Assembly (NCBI RefSeq): GCF_006345805.1
Contig: NC_042999.1
Coordinates: 174,096,001 to 174,160,000 of the forward strand
Origin: Octopus sinensis
Lineage: Eukaryota
Direction: 5' to 3'
Length of the DNA stretch: 64,000 nt
Numbering within the stretch: position 1 is the stretch's first letter; each line of letters starts with the position of its first letter. The notes under the pieces are model-generated. The model made no database searches and was not told the origin of the DNA. It saw only the letters and a program-made list of their open reading frames with translations. The position numbers and the translations under genes are program-made. Below are positions 40,644-54,133 of the stretch, piece after piece.

Positions 40644-43600
40644 CGAGACCGAATGGAAGACAAGACAAAAATAAATGCATACACCCTGCTATGCATTTAA
40701 CATCAAAATTTATATATCAAATATGTATATTGAAAACAAGTCTGTAACTTTACATATATTCACACTCGCATACAGACGCTTCAACACACACACATGCACA
40801 CTCATACGCACGCGCACAAATACGTATAATTATATACGTGTGTGTAGCTATTAACATAGGTAACATTAGAAATCCACGATTTATATATGTTATATATGTG
40901 TGTGTATGTGATCACGTGTGAGTGTGGCTGTTATAACCACCATATTTTCAATATGATTGTTTTGTATCTGAAAACGCCACCAAGATTTAGCCAGAAGGCA
41001 CCGTTATATTTAAATTACTTCTCTAAATAAGTTACCTTTGTAGCGTGCCCAACATATTGTACACCTCGGAAAATAATATTTACCTCTGGAAACCAATAAA
41101 TTTTCGCTAAATAATTTTAAAAAAAACTCTTTTCCTAATAAAGAAAAAATAAAGGAATAAATCAACTATGTACCCTCTAAACACAAAATTAAGCAAATTT
41201 TTAAAATCAATTTCGATATAAATTTATTAAAAGCAATTTATTTAATAAATATATTTTTAAATATTTTAAAATCCAAATACTTATCGGGGATTTTTTTTTA
41301 ATTAAATACAAACTATAAAAATAGCCTCATGCCAATCGAAAGATTACATTTGATAGACATTCGTTGTAGGCTAAGGTGATTGTTTCGACTAGAGAGTCGA
41401 TGGTTCAAATTTTGTCACCACTGTTTTGCACTTACGTCTCGCTGCTCCTGACTACATACAACTCACTTTGTGAAGCAGCAAGAGTTCGATGTGAATGACT
41501 AATGTTCTGTTAGCTTGCACTGGTAATAAAAACTCGATCCACAGAAATTTTTCCAAAGAATCCCTGTAGAGAACCTATTACTTACATCACTGACTCGATG
41601 AAGATCTACTGTGTTTTTAAGAAACTATTTAAAGTATTTTGTTATCAATGCTAATGCATCTTTTGACTAGTAAGGAAAAGATACTTCTAATATTCCAGCT
41701 TTCTTGAAAGAAAGTGGCATAGCTACAACAGAGATTCGAACTAGAGTCAGTGATTAGATACGTCGAATATTTTTCGTACACACTAAGGCGTGTCATGTCT
41801 CTATACTTAAGTTTTTATAACAAATAGGATCCTTTGTTTTTTGTTTCTGTTTTTAGTTATGGTCTTTTTTCTACTAAGCAATTTCTTTTTATTTTATGAT
41901 GCAATGCATTGCTATAAAACTGATCTCTGTTATTGACATTACAGTATTAGATGTTCATTTCTGGAATCTACATTCGATAGAATTAAATATAAAAAAAAAT
42001 TGCAATAATCAAGAATGTTTGAATAATGTATATACTTTACTTCCTTCTATATATTAGCCATTAATTTAACTACATCTTGGCAGATATATTATTAGTGATG
42101 TCCGTCCAACAATCCACTAAAGGGTAGGTTCACATTTCTAAACAAACCTATCAGGGCAACACAACGCGAAAGCTATCAAATTTCCACTTTCTTTCAATTG
42201 TTTGACATAATTGCATTCATGTACTCACTCCTTATACGAATTTGATCGAAATGGGATGGTTTTCATCTGCCTATGCTGAAATATACGCAGTAAATTTAGT
42301 TAGTTTCAATATGGAAGAATTTTAATTGCCATATATGATTGGCATTAGTTATTGCGTGTCGATGTCATAGATATTGCAAGCTGGCAGATGGGTAACTTTT
42401 TCTTCCTATTGGATTTCTATGATTCAGCAAGCAAATATATTTTATCATATATCATTAAAAGCTAGAACAACGACTGAATCTCGTAATCGACAGCATCGAC
42501 AACAGTAACTCCTCCAACAGCATCTTGAAAAACAACTTCAACAGCATAAATAATAAACATTTTTTTAAAAAAAACACATTTTCAAGTTTAGTTTATTTTA
42601 TATTTGTTTATATTGCCTTCGGGCATTATTCAACATGGAGAATATGTTTTTGTATTCATTTACTGCTATTTCACAATAAAGTAAAATAAACTATATCTGC
42701 GCCGACTATGATTGGTTGGTTAGTTTAATACACACTTCTTATTGTGTGGTATAAAATTGATTTTTGCAGAAAGAAAACTTTTTTGTATATAACATATTTG
42801 CAGAATTATACACTAAAATATGCGCTTATTCAAAATGACAACGAAAAAGAGGGCTTGTGGCACATTAAAAATATTAGTTCCAGATGAAGTGTCTCTTATT
42901 TCTGTTTCTTTTACACCTGCAACTATTTTATTTCTACTATTTTTATCAAAACAGGATATCAATATATTTACTATTACTGTTCAAGCTACGTGATACAGCT
43001 ACTGCCTTCCTTTTTAGTTCTGACGTGTCTTACTCGTAAAACCTCGTTGTAGTCACTTTGTATAATCCTTACAATCCAGAACCAGAGCCCTACTTTCTCT
43101 TTCTCTGCTCATGTTTTCCCTACAAGCACCAGTCTATGAATGTACAAACAAAACATCAACTGCATACAGTTCTGTATTGTAGAATAGGTTTCTAGTGTTG
43201 GGGACACTGCCCTTGCTTTTCAGATTGTGCTGGTATACATACTGCTATATGTATTCGTGTGTGTTGACGGTGGACGTCATTAATCTCCCCCATAAAATAT
43301 CACCTTAATCCGTAGCAGAAAAAGATTAATATTTATGATGTATTTCTTTAATAACCTCATCCTTATACTTTCTCTTCCCCTCCTAATAGTTGGTAGTAAA
43401 ATTGTAAGTAGAACCGTGTTGTCTTCCTCACTACTATGCCCTCCAAAGGAGCACGTATTTATCAGAGTAAACTTACGAAACACCGTTATTACATGTTATT
43501 AGGTATTAGATATTACGAGCAACTACTTTAAGTATTAGAGGGAGCAAACGACCGTTAATTGAACAAGAGACAAGTATCAAAAACATGGTACCGCACACAG

Positions 43601-44412
43601 TCACACTACATAGTATCTGGCATTCCCTAAACTCCAATTAGTTCCTTCGAATGTTCCTGTGCTTCACTGATAATTCTTTAGAAAATTAGGCCACTCTTCA
43701 ATGTATCTTGCTCTAGATACCAATGTATCTTGCTCTAGTTCGATGCTTCCAATGAATATGAACAAATTATAAAGTGCTAAAGTTTTTATGCAAACAGTAT
43801 TATTAGATCTTTGCTCTTTATAATGCTGGTTACAGTGATATATTGATGTATGCAGGATCTCTGAATATATATGATCTAAGCAATCGAGAGTTAAATACCT
43901 TAGCTAATTATACCACGCATCATAATTGGGAACATACGAACTGTCGACCTTTGACTAACCGTTAAATTCTCAAATAATTCAACCACCTTGGAATGCCTCA
44001 CTAAATCACCTCGTTAGTTGAGTAGAACCTAATTATTCTACGAAGCAATCTTTAAGCGATACGTCTAAATGTATTGTTATTTCCGAATAAATCAAAATTC
44101 TTAGATAGATCTTGCTTTTCTACGCTCACCTCTTTTATATTCTCAAACTCCTTGTCACCTTCAACATACTTTATTATTAGTTTCTTCAATCTTCTTTACT
44201 CTCACTTTTTCTCGTATTCTTTATTTTATTTTATTTTTTGTCCTCCTATATTTTCTCTTATATTTTTATAATTTTTATATATTTAAGAAAAATTTATTGT
44301 TTTTTTCTTAGTCACTTTTCTTCCTTAATTTCTTTTCTATCCTCTTATGCTAATTTTTCTCTTGAATCTATTTTTAATTGTCTTGTTTTTTTTTCTTTTT
44401 ACTCTAATCATA

Positions 44413-44414
<2 letters not shown>

Positions 44415-44464
<50 letters not shown>

Positions 44465-44470
44465 ATTATT
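44415..44470. repeat. (TTA)n microsatellite
   Basis: Direct inspection. Confidence 0.95.
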
Positions 44471-45348
44471 CATCTTCGTTTCTTTTTTCTCTTCCTTTTA
44501 TTTTCTCTTTCTTTGTATCTTCGTAGTTTTCATCTTCAATTAATTTTTCTTATGAATCAATTCGTAGTTTTTTCCTCTTTATTTTTTTTTACTTTTCTCA
44601 TTGCTTCGTGTTTGAGCACGATAATACATCGTTTTCTTTCTGGTCTACTTTATCATCATCACCATCATCATTGTTTAAGATAATATATGTATATGTGTGT
44701 GTGTGCGTGTGTGCGTGTATGTATGTGTGTGCGTAGTGTGTGTGTAGTGTATGTGTACATATGTGTGTTCACGAGTGTGTGTGTTTGTGTACGTGTGTGA
44801 GTGTGTGCGTGTGTTTACACCGAATTATCTTCTTGACTGGATTATTGTGAGTATTTAGATTCTATTTCTGTCAAAATATTGGTATTTGTTCTGTTCATTT
44901 TGTTTTTCAGAAAAGTCTATCTTTAAAATGTTTAAGTCGTCGAGTATTGGACAGTCTTTTAAAAACAAAACAAAAGACAGGAAAAATAAAAATAAACAAT
45001 GAAAAATTACGATATTAGAGCAAAACGACAAATGTGTACAGAAACTAGGTATGGTGAAAGCAAATAAAGTGTTTTAAATTTATTTATTGGTTTGGTCTTG
45101 AGGAAAGAAACTCAGCCCAGGGTCTTCTTAATTCCTTAAAGATCGATGAGGTTTAATGATATTAATGGTCTTCTTTAACAATTAAAATTTTATGGGTGCG
45201 TGGGAAATACGCTACAAGTTTTGGAATTATTTACTTCTTACTTGTGTGTATTAATTTTCCTAGCATTTAGCCTGTTCTAGGACAGAAAATTCACTTGTAC
45301 AAACACAAACACACACACTCACTCACACACAAACACGCATACACACAT

Positions 45349-45421
<73 letters not shown>

Positions 45422-45999
45422 CATATATACATACATATACACATGAACTTGTGAGCTGATCCATGTGTCTGCATAAATGGTTTTCTTGGTTAGAGTTGCA
45501 GTGCCTGTTTAAACCAACCTCCTACTAGGTGGACAAGCTTAAAAACAAATAGTAAAAACAGAGTGGAACTTTTGTTCTGGTCATCATTTTCAATGTTACG
45601 TAGTTTATGAATCACACAGGCATGTTACTTTTTTCAGTGAATATAATTCACCTATGATGGCTCAAGGCGGATTAAACAACTCGTTGTATCAATCTTAATT
45701 GAATTTATGTTAAATGGCCAACTGACTTTCATAACTGTCCAGAGCACCTGTTATATTCAAGCATGTCACTAGACAAGACGTTAAGAGAAGCCTAGGCGTT
45801 AATGTCAAATTTCTCCATTCTTCTCCCTCTCTCTAGTACAGTTAACCTTTTAACGCTTAATGTCACCGGAAATATATTCCACTCATCTGCAAGAGTTGCT
45901 TTCATAAAACTCTTAAGAATAAAAGAATATCCTTAATAAATCTAGGAACTTGAAATACCCATATCTGAGAAATGAAGAAAAACTCATAAAACTCATGAA

Positions 46000-46064
<65 letters not shown>

Positions 46065-46329
46065 GTCTATTGATAGTGGAAACCTGTTAATTAATATTTT
46101 AATGAATTTATAAAAATTCAGAATCGTTAGACCTTGAACGTTTAGTTACTGTTTATAAGATTGTAATGTCTCGGACTATTAAACTGAAACTAAGATTTAT
46201 TTTTAATATATGCATCTACAGTGCACACGTCGATACAAATATAGTAACGCAATGCTACTCATGCACGAACATATAGGTTTACATTTTTAAGATATTTAAA
46301 TTTTTTATTCGGTAAAGTTGGTTGTGTTA

Positions 46330-46950
46330 AGTTGATGTCAGCGCTCGCTTATTGGCTGAGTTTTCACCAAGCGTGTGTTGTATGTATTGCTTAGGTTTTT
46401 GTTAGCTTCCACCTTACTGTTCTATCAATTATAGAAGTTGGATTTCATAGCAGTACATGATTTCTTTTTGCAAACTATACAGTCAGCCATTCCTCACTTA
46501 TATATTTTTCTTCTTTCTCCTATTCTTACCATTCACAAATGCATGGGATGTGATACAAACAGTCTTTATGATGTTGTATATGTAACTTACTCTCTAAATT
46601 TTATCAGATAATCCCTTACAATAAGCTAGAGTCGCTGTGGAATTTGGTTTAACTTCTGATTTTTATGAGAGAATACTTGTAAGTTTTATTTGATATGCTG
46701 TGTATTTGTTATTCAAATAGGAAAATTTCAGGTAGTTCATTTATTCTGTGTAAACTTATAATGCGTTTGCATGGGCTGTATTGTCAGATGTTGTAGATAT
46801 TAGAGAATCCCTTTCTTAGCACTGCATAGCTAAAATAGAATTCAGCACATCTTATAAAAACAATTGCTTATTATTTTCCTTTTACGTAGTAAACTGTATT
46901 GATGTTAATAGTAAGTTCCTGCTGTCTACAGGGATTCAAATCTCTTCAAA
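46330..46950 (-). mobile_element. Highly degenerate Penelope-like linker/GIY-YIG remnant
   Basis: Minus-strand LAYCKGLSDKI and CLYHIPCICE resemble PLE xPYxxGxSExI and VVYxIPCxxCG motifs. Confidence 0.45.
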
Positions 46951-47109
46951 ACCGATCACTTAGCCAAGCAGCATATTTCAGTCTCATACATCTTAGATCC
47001 AAATCTTGTAAGTATACCACGTAGATATTTGTGTTTGTTGTTTACAAAGTGTATCATCGATTTAGATATTACCCTTCCTTAAATACAATAGTAATATGTC
47101 TATGTTGCC

Positions 47110-48260
47110 AGCGGTGTGAATCAAGACTGTGTCCTCGGGCCGACCCTTTTCACCATCATCCTTGGTATAATGCTCTAGCAGACCACTAACGACACTGATA
47201 ATAAAAATGACATCTACATACGGTATTGTTTAGACGCCAGCCTCTTTAACCTGAGGCGCCTACAAGCTCACACCAAAACACAAAAACAACCCATCCATGG
47301 GTTACTTTTTGCAAACGATGCAGCTCTGCAACGCATCACCACTTGCTTTGCAGAAGCTGCCCGATTCTTTGGTCCAGAAGTCAGTTTAAAGAAAACAGAT
47401 GTTATCCATCAACCTGCACTACAGCATGAATACCACTCCCTCACATCACCATCGCGGAGACTAAACGAAGACAAGCCAATTCACCTAACTAGGATGTACC
47501 AATACGTCAGATGCCAATATTGATAAGGAAATTGATAACAGACTGGCCAAGGCAAACAGTACATTCGGCAGACTGTACAACGGAGTCTGGAACAATAACC
47601 ATCCGAGGGAAGAGACAAAGATCACCGAACACAGAGCTGTCGTTCTGACCACCCTCTTGTGCACTCAGAGTCATTCGGCATCTATCGGCACCGGCTACGA
47701 CTTGAGCAATTCCATCAGAACTGCTTTCACATCCTCCTCAGTATCCTCTGGAGTGACTTTATCAAGGTGCTAGAGCAGGTGAAGTTAATCAGCATCGAAA
47801 TAAGTCATCTGAAGATACAGCTATGCTGGGCAAAACACGTTACCAGAATGGCGGATCATCTACTTCTCATGATCACACTGTATGACGAACTCTCCTCTAA
47901 TCAAAGTGGTGGAGGAGTACCCGAAAAGTACAAGGAGTCTCTAAAAGAACTCTCTAAAGAACTGTCTTGATGCCTGTCACATTGTTTACCACCTATGGTG
48001 TGTTATTGCTGCTGACCGTGAAGCCTGACGTCTCTCTGTCCGCCGGGCAACAGTCTCCTTTGAAGATATCCACCGGACTATCCTTGCAGACAAGAGAAAA
48101 AAGAGGAATAAAGGGGACATTACAACCAGCCCTGGTCAGCCTACCTTCCCATGCAGCCTCTGCGGTCATGCCTATTTGTCCTAATTTCAACTCGTTGGAC
48201 ATCAGCAAGTTGCAACAAAAGTGGACATCCAGCCCTCCGTAAATCTTCGCTCGCGAAGCG
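47110..48260 (+). mobile_element. 5'-truncated RTE-BovB-like LINE, degenerate
   Basis: GVNQDCVLGPTLFTII, SLFNLRRLQAHTK, LLFANDAA, RLEQFHQNCFHILLSILWSDF..QLCWAKHVTRMADH, a 3' zinc-finger-like remnant, and the end aatcttcgctcgcgaagcgaaacc. Confidence 0.85.
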
Positions 48261-48589
48261 AAACCAACAGAGAGAGGGAGATTTATGCATGTATGTATGT
48301 ACTACAAATTTTAGTTTAACAGCTGGGTTTTAATATGGAAATTAAAGATACTGTGTTAACATGATCTTTTTCCCAAGCTCTTAAGGACGCTTCTCCCTAT
48401 ATATAAGATATCATCAACTAGGTAGTTGGTTTCTCGTTAGGCTTGACTAAAACTTAACAGTAAAACTCCATCTGCCTGTAATACAACAGGTGAAGAAGTT
48501 TAAAATAAGAAAAGATTTCTGTAATCCGCTGGTACAGGTTTCGGTGGGCATGATGCTCAGCCAGTTGTGCTGTCTGGGAGAAAATGAAG

Positions 48590-48850
48590 TGTGAAAGAAA
48601 TAGTTGTGTTAGTAGAGAGCATTCTGGAAATTAAAAAATTAATGCAGCGCAGAACATACCAGTGGAATCGATTTGGACACAGAACAAATGAACACTTAGC
48701 AAGAGTAACAAATGCAGGCGAGATATTGTATAGAAGAAAAATTCGTCTTAATAAAGTGGAGGAGCGCCTACCAAAGGGAGTTAATAGACATGGCAACATG
48801 GGGCACAGCAGAACTACTGAAATTATTAAGAAACATGTTATGTTATATTA
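48590..48850 (+). mobile_element. Degenerate LINE 3'-terminal coding remnant (RTE/L2-like)
   Basis: IKKLMQRRTYQWNRFGHRTNEHLARVT resembles the IKRRRLRWLGHVxRM pattern. Confidence 0.35.
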
Positions 48851-49049
48851 GTGGACGCCTTGTAGTCCCAAACATCTCTCAAGGCCCTATATTTACTTCA
48901 GCTTCATTTTTTTAATAAATTATTTTCTACTGTTATCGTATCTTGTTTATCTTATTCATCTTATGCACTTCTGTCTTCAGGACTTGAGATGCTGAATATA
49001 GTATTGAAAATACATTTTTATTTCAAGTGAGAGCCCGCTGTTGTTTATT

Positions 49050-49950
49050 TACATCAACCATAAACATATCCGTATATTCAACAAGCCTCTGTATTTATTG
49101 TGTTAGTGAGTATGTGTATACATGAATTCCTACTGGGTTTCGTAAAGGTTTGTGTTTTTAAATCTAATTTCACATATTATTATATCTATATGTGCCTATA
49201 CGTATATTCCTATATATAACCATGAACAGACTGTCACATTATTTGAAGTTTTCTACAGTTTCTTTTGCAATTCAGACAGCACTCCTCTTTTCCACCTGAT
49301 TCAACTTGAAATTGTCTTGAACGAATTGATTGACACAGCTAATGTAAAATGTATTATAAAATGTTTACGCAGATAATGGAGCTACAGTTTTCTGGCAAGT
49401 GATTGTTTTCATTCTTAGTTATACCGTTTGTGTATGTTATGTACAAGTGTACCAATATACAACTTATGGGTTACGGCAAACTAATAGTTAATCCTGGTTC
49501 GTTGTAAATTAATTTGTTTAGATTGGTTTCAGTTGTTTTGCTATGTAAGCATTCAGGGAAGATTCTACATTGTTTATTTAATATTTGTTGGTTAATTTAT
49601 ATATTTGCTTCAAGATCAGTTTTGATGTAGACGTGGTTGTCCAGATGTTTTTTGGAATAGTGCATCTCGGAATATATGAATCAAGTTTGTCCTGCATTTT
49701 ATAAAGGTTTTTAAGTGGAATTTAAGGAAAATTTGGTTGCTACTTTTAAAGAACGTGTAAAGATTCTCGTTAACTTGTACCTAATAAAGTTTTGCGCATG
49801 TGTGAAGGGAACTCTTCAAAGGAATATAATATCTGGTCTTCTGGGTAATTGTTATGAAGTGTTTAACTTACATGTGGGTGTTAGAATTCGAATGCTGCTT
49901 GTGAAGACACGTATCAAGACATCATATGGAGCCTCTTTAATCTAATAACG
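49050..49950 (-). mobile_element. Highly degenerate Penelope-like RT-thumb/GIY-YIG remnant
   Basis: Minus-strand VCSWLYIGIY; adjacent cacttctgtcttcag (48967-80) matches the HHR 5' half acttctgtcatcag at 10421-34. Confidence 0.35.
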
Positions 49951-51020
49951 GTACCTGAGGACATTAAGCAGCTTCTTAACACTTAGCTTCGGAACGTTTA
50001 TAGATTCTCCATCAACTCCCTCTAACTCAGCAAGTCATTCGAAAGTGCGAACAACATAACATAAATTTCATCAAAAGGCGCTCCATTTGTGTATTTAACC
50101 GGACATAAATGCAAAGCTCTCACACAATAAGGAAATTACGTAAGATGCCATAGTGTGTATGAATTAATTAATTCTGCATAAGAATATATTTCAAGCGTTA
50201 TTGTAAAGCAATTTTAGTGTTTCACTCCTATAGAGAACACGCAGATCTAACAAGCGAAGATTCTCATTAAGCTTCGTTGCAACTAGAATCACCAGGCCCT
50301 TTCAGTCAAACTGTTTATATATCAATCAATATCCAGAATAAATCATCCGGGAATTAAAATTGTCAATTAGTGCACAAGTAAATTATGTAACACACCACGG
50401 AACATGCGAGTTAATTCCATAAAAGATTATATTCAGAACCTTAATCTAAAGTAATTTGTGAATTACAAGCCCTAAATAGAACAAGGGGCCTGTTCATTAA
50501 TAAGTAGAAATATTGTTTTGATTTTGTTTGTACGCGTTTCTCCTTTGTTTTTCATTGGTGTTTTATTGGAAGAGTAATATAGTTTCATAAGTATCATTAT
50601 ATTGCTATTTCAACATCCTTTGTATGAAATGCATCTTAACCCTGATGCGGTTATCATTTAAATATACGCCAGAAGTTTAGGAAAACATTCTAGAGGCAAC
50701 TAAACATTTGCTTTGCAACTATCTCCTGCCTTAACTATCCCCCCTCTCTCTATCTCTCCCTCTCTCCCTCATAACTGGACGCACACAGCTCTAACATGTC
50801 TTGATTTGTCTAAACAATCTGTTTACTCTGCGTTTTCTGTAACAAATTAAGAATTCGTAGAGGCTCTGAGTGATGCTTAAATGAATTTAAATATATGGAA
50901 ATAATAAATCTCTAATAGTACACAGTCATGCAAAGAATATATTCGCTATTCCTGTTTCATTACCTGCATGAGTTTTCTGCTTGAATAAAAACAGATTCAC
51001 GTGAATCCAAACTATATATA

Positions 51021-52445
51021 TTAGGTTGGCAACTAAGCTCCTGCGGTTTTTTTTCAATTTAAATTTTTAAAAAAGGTTTAATAAACAATAACAGTTAATT
51101 AATCAATAATGTATTCACCCTTGTTGTTTATAAATTCTTCCCAACGTTCAACAAGATTTTCTATACTTCGTTGGTAAAAGTCACCCGATTTCGACTCGAA
51201 AAATTAATCCAACCAAGCTCTCAATTCTGCATCAGTATTGAACGAAACTTCGCGCATAGCATTTGAAAGCGATCGAAAGAGGTGGAAATCCATTGGTGCC
51301 AAATCAGAATACAGCGGGTATGGAAGCACTTCCCAGACATGCGTTTGAATGGCTTCCTTGGTCATATTGGCGATACGAGGGCGGCCGTTGTCGTGCAGCA
51401 GAAGAACTCCATGTGTAACTGTATTTCGTCTGTCGTTACGTTCTGAGTTCAAATTCCGTCGAGGTCGACTTTGCCTTTCATCCTTTCGGGGTCGATAAAT
51501 TAAGTACCAGTTACGCACTGGGGTCGATATAATCGACTTAATCCGTTTGTCTTTCCTTGTTTGTCCCCTCTATGTTTAGCCCCTTTTGGGCAATAAAGAA
51601 ATAGGAAGAACTCCATGCTGCCCATTAGGTCTTTTCTCTTGAATAGCCGTGTTGAGACAATTCGTAATGGATAATCCCTTCCCAATCCCACAACATCATT
51701 TTACGTAGATGAAAATCTTGTTTCACACGCAATGTCGCTTGTTTACCAGGGCTAAGCCATTCCTTACGCTGCTTCATATTAATGCACAGGCACCATTTTT
51801 CGTCGCCAGTAACGATTCGGTAAAGAAATCGTTGCTTGTGTCCATGAGTTGAGTGGTGAGGGGCAAGCAAACCAGCGGAGATTGTGGCTCGTTGATTTTT
51901 GTTGTTGTCACTTAAAGCATGTGGATCCCATGCTTCATACTTCTGAACCTTTCCCATCGAGTGAAGATGCTTCTCTATAGCAATATGGGAGCATTCCATT
52001 TTCTCTGCCAGTTCTCTTGTCGTTTGACGAGAATTTTCCTGCAAAAGTTGGTTTAATCGTTCTTCATCGAACTCAACTGGGCGGCCAAAATTTGAGGTCA
52101 AAATTTCCATTTTTTAACTTGGCACACCAATCATGAGCGGTTCTTTCAGCTATGGCACCCTCTCCATACACAGCACAAATGTCGCGAGCAGCTTTTGCGG
52201 CCTTAGGACCTTGATTAAAAGCAAAAAGAAAGAGGTATCGAAAATGCTCGTTTTTCTTAACTTGACATTCCATTTTAATGATCTGAAAATAAACAAGATT
52301 TAACTAAAATTAACTAGAAAAAAAAAACAAAATAGATTCCAAAACGATTCAAAAATAGAATTCTCGAAAAAGATAGATTCCAAAATTTAAAAACGCAATA
52401 AATTCCAAAATTTAAAATAAAGCAGGAATTTAGTTGCCAACCCAA
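51021..52445 (-). mobile_element. Near full-length mariner transposon (D,D34D type), frameshifted, interrupted by a SINE
   Basis: TIRs ttaggttggcaactaagctcctgc / gcaggaatttagttgccaacccaa, flanked by TA; MECQVKKNEHFRY..ERTAHDW, WDPHAL, IVTGDEKW, LLHDNGRP, YSDLAPMDFHLF. Confidence 0.95.
51414..51604 (+). mobile_element. 5'-truncated SINE (family 2) inserted in the mariner
   Basis: 13-bp TSD GAAGAACTCCATG at 51401-13 and 51605-17; core nearly identical to 22358-22539. Confidence 0.95.
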
Positions 52446-52465
52446 TATATATATGCGCTTGTGCG

Positions 52466-52504
<39 letters not shown>

Positions 52505-52611
52505 TAATGTATATTTTTATGTCAAGTTATAATAAAAGCAATTTCAAACTGAAGAATTACTCAATACTTTTTGTAGAGCACATATTTATTATTCTTTAAC
52601 AAGAATACTAT

Positions 52612-52688
52612 AGACTGAAGCTTCAGAGTTTCGGCCTGCTTAGCCTTCATCAGAGTGTGCAATGAAGGCTAAGCGGGCCAAAACTCTG
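52612..52688 (-). ncRNA. Hammerhead-core motif inside a 27-bp inverted repeat
   Basis: Minus strand CTGATGA A GGC TAAGCAG GCC GAAAC TCTGAAGCTTCA GTC; the plus strand has a mutated mirror copy; helix I unpaired. Confidence 0.5.
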
Positions 52689-52799
52689 TGTGTGTGTGTG
52701 TGTGTGTGTTTGTGTGCGCGCGCGTGTGTGCATGTGCATGTATGTGTGTGTGCGTGCGTGTGCGTGCGTGTGCGTGCGTGTGCGTGTGTGTGTACGAAA

Positions 52800-53170
52800 C
52801 TTAGGCTAGCTAAATAGCTAAAATATGTTTGTTATATATTTCAATTGCTAAAAGGCAAATACCGTGAAGAAAAAGTTATCTCTTACGGTAAAAGGTTTGA
52901 AAGCACCATATCTACTCAGTGCTTCCCACTTTTCGACGCAGCGTTTCTGACTCTTTAGCCTTCCTCAATGAGAAATACCGAAGAGGAGTAACTCTAGACA
53001 GATTTAAAACCGTAGCTTTAACTAAAAAAAAAAAATCAGCAATATTGACGGAGTTGTGTAATTGGACCGCCCGGTCAGGAGAAAATCAGCATTCATAGCG
53101 CCAAGCAGTGTTTAGGTATAAGCTAGCTTTAGGCTAGTTAAAATATTTCACAAACAAATTTACCTATAGA
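52800..53170 (+). repeat. Unclassified dispersed repeat (partner of 39290-39560)
   Basis: Shared motifs as listed for 39290-39560. Confidence 0.6.
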
Positions 53171-53208
53171 AGTCGCGCATAAGGGGATCCTGTACAAGTC
53201 ATATGTGA

Positions 53209-53770
53209 TACGGAGGGGTCAGTGTGTCTCGGATATGACAAAAGAGAATTGTTCGATCCGTTCAAAGTACTCACTAAACAAATTAAAATACCAAGGAGCT
53301 GCAGTGATTTGGTTTTTCTTCTTTGAGGTAAATGGAAAGAACGACAGATGATTATGCAGAGGTTTCAACGGTCATGCATACTGAATTCTCAGCAACTGAG
53401 ATAGTTCAGAGAATCATTAGCAACACGAAACAGGTCACGACTCCTCACTTAATAGTTAATGTCGCTGTATACACAGAGGTGTGGAAGAAAGGTGTGAGAG
53501 TCTGAGTAGACAAGGTACGCCAGGGAAGACTATAAGTTTTCCAACACCACTCTATGCTATCTCCTAAGGTTAAAACAACTCAAGCGGGGTTGTGTGTCAA
53601 TCTCCATGATTACATTCTCCTAGACACATAGCCTCCAAGCTCACCAGATCTCGATTTACTGGACTGTTACGAATGGAACATAGTCGAGAGAGGTCAATGA
53701 ACGTCCCCATAACGCCATACAATCTTTCAAACCAGCCATCACTAGCACTATATCCAAAATTGATGAAGGT
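53209..53770 (+). mobile_element. Tc1/mariner-superfamily remnant (maT-like)
   Basis: VNVAVYTEV..GRL*VFQH..KVKTTQ and PPSSPDLDLLDCYEWNIVER..ERPHNAIQSFKPAI resemble WPPxSPDLNPLDYYVW-type transposases. Confidence 0.7.
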
Positions 53771-53829
53771 AGGTAGACAGATAGACAGACAGATAGGTAG
53801 TTAAGTATAAAGACAGACAGACAGGCCGG

Positions 53830-53892
<63 letters not shown>

Positions 53893-53967
53893 CAATAAAA
53901 AGAGGAGAGAGAGAAGGTGACAGAGACGCACATATGCCCCATATGCCATATTTTGGTTCGTCTAAAC

Positions 53968-54133
53968 CGGTATTTTCAAAACTTCTTTTGCCGATCGCCA
54001 ACCTAAAATACTTAGATACTTATTGCCAATGATTACCCTTATGGCTATAATTAAACGCTAATGTATTGCTCACTCCACTCCGTAGCACTTAACGCCTCGT
54101 CTAAGAGGCGTTATAGACCCCTTGGGGACCACT
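53968..54133. mobile_element. Possible degenerate hAT-type MITE
   Basis: Ends ccggtattttcaaaact / cttggggaccact, flanked by cgtctaaa and tgtctaat (possible 8-bp TSD); internal 9-bp perfect hairpin taacgcctc-gtctaa-gaggcgtta. Confidence 0.3.

Noticed and set aside
44074-44543. Hydrophobic membrane-protein-like ORFs
   Set aside because: Low-complexity T-rich DNA and (TTA)n.
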